From assembly GCA_009103225.1 (NCBI GenBank), contig RHPI01003330.1:194472-258471 (forward strand): a stretch of DNA of 64,000 bases, given 5' to 3'. Position numbers and translations under genes: made by a program. The DNA is from Chlorokybus atmophyticus (Eukaryota; Plantae; Mesostigma and Chlorokybus algae). Below, piece by piece: positions 57,275-64,000 of this stretch (position 1 is the first letter of the stretch; every line of letters starts with the position of its first letter). Under the pieces are notes generated by a model. The model was not told the origin of the DNA and did no database searches. It was given only the letters and a program-made list of their open reading frames with translations.

Positions 57275-60200
57275 TTACGACTGTAGCTGTGGGTGGTCTG
57301 AGAGCAATGAAAACTGCTCCTTTAGGCGCCGCGCCATTTGTTGCAGGTAGTCAACAGCGCGCCCAAGTTGCTCCTGCGCCGGAACATCAAAGTTGATGAT
57401 GTTACTGATGTGCACCCCATGGAAGCTACTCAGTGCATTGCCAAAACAGATGTGACTTGAAGATAAACGAGGCGTACCCTGTCCAGTTTGAGCAGATGCT
57501 CTAAAACAGGAGTGAGAAGCCTGCGCAGACGGTGCCATTCGTCACTGCTATTGGTTGGTCGTCTGCTGCCTGGGGTTGCCTGATGTCTGGCATACGCCGG
57601 TTGCTGTGAAGTGCCTGCCTGGCGCGCGAGGTGGTAGTACAGGACATCAAGCATGTGTTCTACCAAATAAATTGTGTCTGCTAGCTCCCCGCTTTTTTGC
57701 TTGACAGCACGCGACAGCTCGAGCAATGCGAAGCGCCGTCTGTGCCGATAACTGTGCTGCTGCAGAGCAGCGTGTTCTGCCATAGCAACGCTTTCAATCT
57801 GTGCATCAATTTCATCTGGCGATAGCTGGTTGATGCCCTTCAAGCTGCTGAGTAGTTGTGCACGCTCTTCAACCATGGTTGACAGTTCGTGTGCAGTTTG
57901 CTGCAGCATGTCACCAAGCAATTGGAGTGTTGGCTCTGCGCGGCAATTCACATCAACGTAAGAACTACTACTCCTTGTTACACGCTGTTGTTGGTACAAG
58001 CAAATCAAGCAAATGAGGCCAAAGGTACCTTCCGTTGCAGCTTCAGGCGTCATTCTGCTCTGACTAGTGGTCGTGACAGGCAATACGAGCTGATGGTGCA
58101 CAACAAGTGTGCGCAAGTACTCTGCCAGGTTGCATCGCAACTTGAGCAGTCCGCTGCGCAAAGCCTCTAGCGCCACACGGGTACCATGCTCCGCAGTTTG
58201 CGACTCTTGCAACCGAGTCAATTCCCGCAAATACTTGGACTTGGATCGATCGTTCAGACCAAAGTGGCGACGCATCAAAGTGAACATGTCTTTCCTATGC
58301 TTCAACTCCATCTCTTGTCGCCCTTTCCCTGCTATCCTGTTACCAAATGGCTAGTCAAGCTCACCAGCTTTGGCGCACCAACATTGCAAGATAAAGACAA
58401 TGTGTGGCTGTTGGACCAAGCTTGTATTGGCCTGACCTGGCCAAAATGCCTGTCACAAGCTTGATGTTCTCGAGGTCTTCCTCTTTGGCGAGAGCTCCCC
58501 GATCACTGAGGATGCGGGACATGACGCGATCGTGAGCTCCCATGAAGTCCATGACCTGCATGTGGTTTCATGCGTACAACGTTACATCTCGCAAGCGACT
58601 ACATGTGCATGCCTGTACAACAACCACACAAGCAACACACAATAACCCATGCAAGGCTGCAGCACCTGTTGACGGATTGCCAGGTTATCGGGTAAAGCGG
58701 CGAGGACGTTGTTTATCAATCGTAACACGGGAGCCAGCAGCATGTGGTAACGGTGCGCCTGTGAGACAGCTGCTGAAGTTCGCAGAGACATGCCACTGAT
58801 GCCGAGATCTTCATCATCGCCTTCAACAGCAACATCCAGTGCTCGGCAGCTAATGAGGTGCATCAACACCCCTTCCGAAAGCAGCAACTCTGAGCCGTTG
58901 ATGCCATTCACAGTCTTCTGTTGTAGCTGAGCAATGCTCAACAACAGGGTTACTTGCGCCTGGGAGGTATAAAGTCTGCGGAGAGACTGCAAACTGGGCA
59001 GCAGGATGGTCTGAGCTGGCGTACTACTCAAATCACTCAGAATGGCATGCAGAAGCCCCTTTCTTTGCATAGCGCCTGGCAACACCTATAGAGCACGCCG
59101 CATGTCACACGCATGCTCAGCAAGCAATGTTGCCGACACGTACATGTTGTTTGCTGTTAGCATGCATCACAACCCACAAGAAAATCAACGCACATAGCCA
59201 TGAATGGTGTGGATAAGGAAGGAGCCATTCAAATGAGATGGCACAAGCAAGCGTTCCATGGTGCAGTACTGCATGCTGGTGACCACTGCATGGATTGGAA
59301 GGCACCATACCAAGACTGACCTGATGACTTATGCGCACATAGGCAGGCGTCCTCAGCATGCACTCTACAACTCATGGTGCCAGCAACTGTCATGCCACAC
59401 AGTCATCATGCAGCAAACAACGCATCCCTGCACTGTACCTGATACCGATCCATATTCAGCAATCCTTCAGCTGCATAGTGTGCCAGTGTGCGTACGACCT
59501 CACTTGCTCCCACCGCATCTCTTGCAACGACCGCCAGGATGTTGCTGCATGATGATCGTATAAGATCGGCATTAGCAACCTGCAGAGCAGTTGCCTCTTT
59601 GTCAACTTGTGCAAGGATGTCTTCTCTTTCCTCCTGGATGCTGCTATCCGACAGAAGGATGTTCAACACCTGCACAGTACACTCTGTTATTGGTGTTGAC
59701 ATGCAAACAAGGTATCTATAAATTATGTACAGCATAGCCATCAGCTTTAATGTCCGATTACAATCTGTGGACTTGCTGACAGCATTATCTGTACCTCAGC
59801 AGGGACATCTCGATACGCTGTTGCCTGGCAGTACTGCGCATAGGTAAGCAGTGCGCCATACAGACGTCTGCGAACAGCCTCCGTGCTATCCGCGTAAGTG
59901 AGGGCATCAACGAGGTGACGAAACAAACTGACACACTGCATGACCGGCAACTGCGCGGCTGGCTTCACTAAGTCCAAGTATGTGACATAATCTGTGTCAC
60001 CAGGGGAAGCTGCAAGTTGCTGCTCTTGCAGCTTAGCCATGCCTGTAAGCACCACCTGCAGAACACACCGTCAGCATGCGCTGTATGCATCATGGAGAAT
60101 ACTCCACCATGCATAAGGGAGGATACTCCTTGATGCATACTTAGTTTTGGGGGGCGGGGGGAGGTGTCAATGGTTACCTGTGATAATGACACCCGCATTT

Positions 60201-63200
60201 TTGATGTCACCATGCTGCTGGTGATCAGGTCAAGGGAGGCATCTACAAGCTGAAAAAGCAGCGCAGCTTGGCCCCCAACTTCTGATATCAAGTCCGAACA
60301 TCGCGCAAGAGAAACCTCGATTATCTGCTGCCATCCTTCCAGCAGATGCTGCCTTCCCGCCAGCTCCTCCTCACGCTGGTTTTGCACCACGGCATCTTCA
60401 ACAGCAGACTGGACAGCTTCACGCAGGGCATGCAACCGTGACTGATTGCCAGGTGCGGCTGAGCCCAAAACTGACTCTAGGCGTTTTGCCTCCTGCGGAC
60501 CAATGCACACCCTGTCACAATGTTGAGCCAGGACAAAGCAACATTCTGCTTGAAAACACGTGTTGGTATACGCTTGCCTGCAACAGTGCATCCTGGAATG
60601 CTTCAACATCAATGAGGTGCTCCCCACGCCCATTGACTGTGCGGACACCGCCTTCTGAGCATGATGCTGTTGATGACAGAAGTTCGCTCACTCTCATCTC
60701 TTTTCTCAGACGCTCTGCTTCTGGAGAGGCTGTACTGGCTGGCTCTATCAATAATTGCTTCATGAGGTCCAGCAGCTCCAGAACCAGTGGCCGCGTGCGC
60801 ATGGAAGTGTATCCATTTGTGGTAAAGTCGCTGGGCACAACAGCCAATGTGTCGCTGGCAGGTTGCACGAAGAGCACCTGCAAGTGACGCACAGCAATGC
60901 ATAACAGGCATGACGCTTATCATTAAGCCAACACCAATAAACGCACTGAACATACATATTAAGGAACAACCAATCCTTCGGCGAGCGCACCTGAAGAAGG
61001 CGCATGCACCTATTGCGCTGTGATTTAATGTCCAGATCCGCCACATGCAAGGCAATGGTTGCGATTTCCAGAAGCCATGCGCGTTGGTGCAAACTGCACG
61101 AATGCATTGTAGTTGGTCAGTATACAGGTGGTGTATAGAGCCAGCTGAAATGCTAGGATAGCTGCAGGATGTGCTGAGAAGCAATACGTACCTTGATATC
61201 CTCCATTCTGGTTCTGCATGCTCAGGCAAGGGCTCCGAACACAGCACCGATATCTGCTGTGTGAACAGATCAAATTCCCTGCTTGTCAGGAGGTTACACG
61301 TTGGGTTGCTTGTTACTGAGTCCGCATTCAACTGATACAGGAGCCTGAAGCAGAGCTCAAAGAGTGTAGCGTTGATTTCAGGAGCCTCCATATCCTCTAT
61401 AAACTTCAATATGATTTTTAGACAATTGTAGTCACCACGTGGATCCAACTGTGACTGTTCTATAGGCCGCCCACTACAGTCATATCTGCAACCACAAATG
61501 AAGGTCATGCGAGAAGCACAAAATGGCCAAAAACATCTGCTTAGATGCGTACCCAAGAAGAAGATGGGCTGCATTAGGCTGAGGACGTTGAAGATTGGAC
61601 AAGAGTAGCTGAAAAATCAACGAGTACGAAGGCACAGAATCTGCAAGAGAATCCGATGCAGAAACCGTGTTGTGCGCTGACTCAGCCAAACGTGCGGCGT
61701 AACCCTGGGAGCAAGCAGAGCTTGGGCATCAGGACAAGCTCAATGTTTTCAGCTAATTTCAGCTTTGAATGTTTGGTCATATTGTGACGCTTGTGGCACA
61801 TCAGCGAGGACAGACTTCAGCAATCACCAATTGTATTGTCAGGCACGTCATACACCACGTAGCACAGCTAGTAGCGGTGCAACCGAACCTGTTTGATGCG
61901 GTCCTGGGCTCCCGCTTCCACAATCATAGGGACAATTCTGTCGATGCGTGTTGCAAGGTCAGAAAACAACTGGATGCTGTATCGCTGTATGGCAGCATTG
62001 TATTCGTAATTGACGTAGTCAAGAAGGAGCACAAGAAGTTTTTGATTGCGAACGAGGACTTGGTCGAGCGTTTGAGGAATTACACCAGCCTTTGATAACC
62101 TGATTGAACCTTGGTTAGCAAATGAAATGAATGAAATTCACAGTGTGTGCATATCACAGCCTGTAGACCGAACGCGCTGGGTGCAAGTACCTGATGTCGT
62201 GTACAAACGATTGATCTCGTTGTAGAACAACTAGCAATAGCTGCAGAGACAGGAGCACAGAACACTCTTCAAGGAACCCGTAAGACTGCTCAGCGCGGTC
62301 AGGCATCGCCCGATCCGCACCAGGAGCTAAAATAAAGATGACTGTCTGGTATAGAGCGCTTTCTCCAAGAATATTCTGCCAGATTTAACAAGGATTGGCA
62401 ACAACAAGCGACTACTTGTTAATCCAGCTTACAGCAGCCTGCCATACTGCAGCTGCTCCAGTTGGCAACAAATATTGAAGCAATAAACATTGAAAACCAA
62501 TGGCTTCTGAAACACCTGCATGAGTTCCGCGTGTGGAGGAGTTGCTTGTTGTGCACCACCGGTGCTTATCGTGTTTTGTTCAGTGTCCTTTGCAGCGGTC
62601 ATAGATGTGGCAGTATTCTGCAGGAGGCTGCAGGGTGATATGTGTGTCATGTGCTAATTCTCAGCAGCCCAGTTGGCATTACCACAACACCAATGTGCGC
62701 AGCTCACCCCAAGAAGTACTCCAGGCAAGCAGTGGCAACCTCCCACTTCTGTGAGGGCACCTTGTACTGACGTTGTGCGAAATAGATAAATACGTGGTCT
62801 CGCACAAAGTGAAAATACTTAGCGTCCCGTTGCATATGCGTTGAAGTTGCAAGTGGTCGCTGCAGCTTCTGAAGCGCGTTGAGCAGTTTGATCAGTCCTA
62901 GTGTTGCAGGGTACTGCTCTTCCCGAGACTCAACCTCATTGAGCTCAGTGATTGCATCATACTGAGAGGCAGGAGGAGCGCTGGTTCCCCCGTTGCCATT
63001 GAAGTCCTGCCATGACATTCAGTTTGGCCAATTACACAGTGCCAGACCTAGCTGCCTATCGCAAGCAATGTGAAAGTAACCTGCAGAGTGCCTATTTCCT
63101 CCATAAGTGTCCATATGCGCTCAGCCAGCTCTGGAGCAAAGGCGAAAGCAGCGATTGTTTCACGCAGAGCACCCTGAATGCACTTGAGAATTATGGCACA

Positions 63201-64000
63201 TGCACATATGTGCAAGAATGCATGCCAGCAAGCATGAAACAGGTGCGCTTTGAAGGTGCACCCATACGTACATCAGCCTCAATAGAACGCTCGCTCAACT
63301 TGCCTTGAGAGAAACAGGAATTGAATAGCCGAGCAACAAGAATATGGTTTCTAGGGGCTGCAGCTTGTGAGTTGTTGTCAGCTCATGGTACCACTGCTGT
63401 TTATCAGCTGCAGTTGCATTGTCAAACACAGTCTGCAAAACTTGTAGGTATGCTTGCAGGCTGACAACATCCTCCCTGGGCATCCTCGGCGGTGACTACA
63501 TCACAACAGTTTATTCAGTATAGCCAAGAGTCAGCCATGCGCAATAACTGCGCAACATTGTTCGCAACATTGTATCTGGCTAGCACATTCACAATTTGTG
63601 CCAGCTGGCATGCTTGTTACGACTTTAACATGTAACATATGCAGTCACAATGTAGAGGTGACCGTCACCTGCAGTGTGCCCTCAGCCCTTTCTTGCTCTG
63701 ATGCAGCGAACATGTCGTTGTACAATTGCAGTGTGCGAAACAATGCCTCCCAGGATACTGCTCCAGGATCTCGACCATGTCGAAGCATTTGCATGAACAC
63801 TGCTCTAGCGCCGTCCTCATCAGATGCCTAATCACAGTCAGCTCCTCAACCATGCATATCAAGTAAGAATTAAATAGTAAAGGCTTACCAGAGCTGCGAG
63901 CAGATGCAGGTATGGTACAAGGGTAGTGTGGGAGCGATGTCCCTGGCCGACATACTCCACAAAAAGAGGAAGCTCTCGCCATTGCAATTGTAACTCAGGT
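57275..64000 (-). CDS. NUP205: Nuclear pore complex protein Nup205 (Nup192 family); 5' partial
   Basis: YDAITELNEVESREEQYPATLGLIKLLNAL, FHFVRDHVF..FAQRQY..PSQKWEVATACLEYF, ELCFRLLYQL, LHQRAWLLEIATIALH, LLEGWQQIIEV, DFMGAHDRVMSRIL; inferred last exon ...LQQMARRLKEQFSLLSDHPQLQS*. Confidence 0.9.

Overview
This window is eukaryotic nuclear DNA, gene-dense and intron-rich, from a green-lineage (Viridiplantae) alga. A CEP78-like gene suggests a flagellate stage, and ELM1 plus a KEG-like gene hint at an early-diverging streptophyte; this is inference only and the species cannot be fixed from the sequence. By manually splicing exons I can support 16 protein-coding genes: a plastid-targeted CysA/Sabc-type ABC ATPase (5' partial), GDP-mannose pyrophosphorylase, ELM1, a CEP78-like LRR protein, a bacterial-type GlnT/GmaS glutamine-synthetase-family gene, proline iminopeptidase, a small membrane protein, a 106-aa prefoldin-beta/ASDURF-like protein, an ankyrin-repeat protein, a secreted animal-type heme peroxidase, RPL10A, a degenerate kinesin, a pseudokinase-ankyrin protein, complex I 75-kDa subunit, a MATE transporter and Nup205 (5' partial). 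I saw no rRNA, tRNA, CRISPR or intact transposase. Best leads: (1) a five-exon prefoldin-like ORF whose stop codon overlaps the ankyrin start codon (ATGA, 24348-24351), a candidate bicistronic locus; (2) an 8-intron copy of the bacterial GlnT/gamma-glutamylmethylamide synthetase family; (3) a secreted MPO-like peroxidase with a Cys-rich tail; (4) an identical 150-bp segment upstream of two unrelated genes; (5) at least five GC-AG introns. All family assignments come from motif recognition, not database searches. The assembly has N gaps and a poly-G tract.
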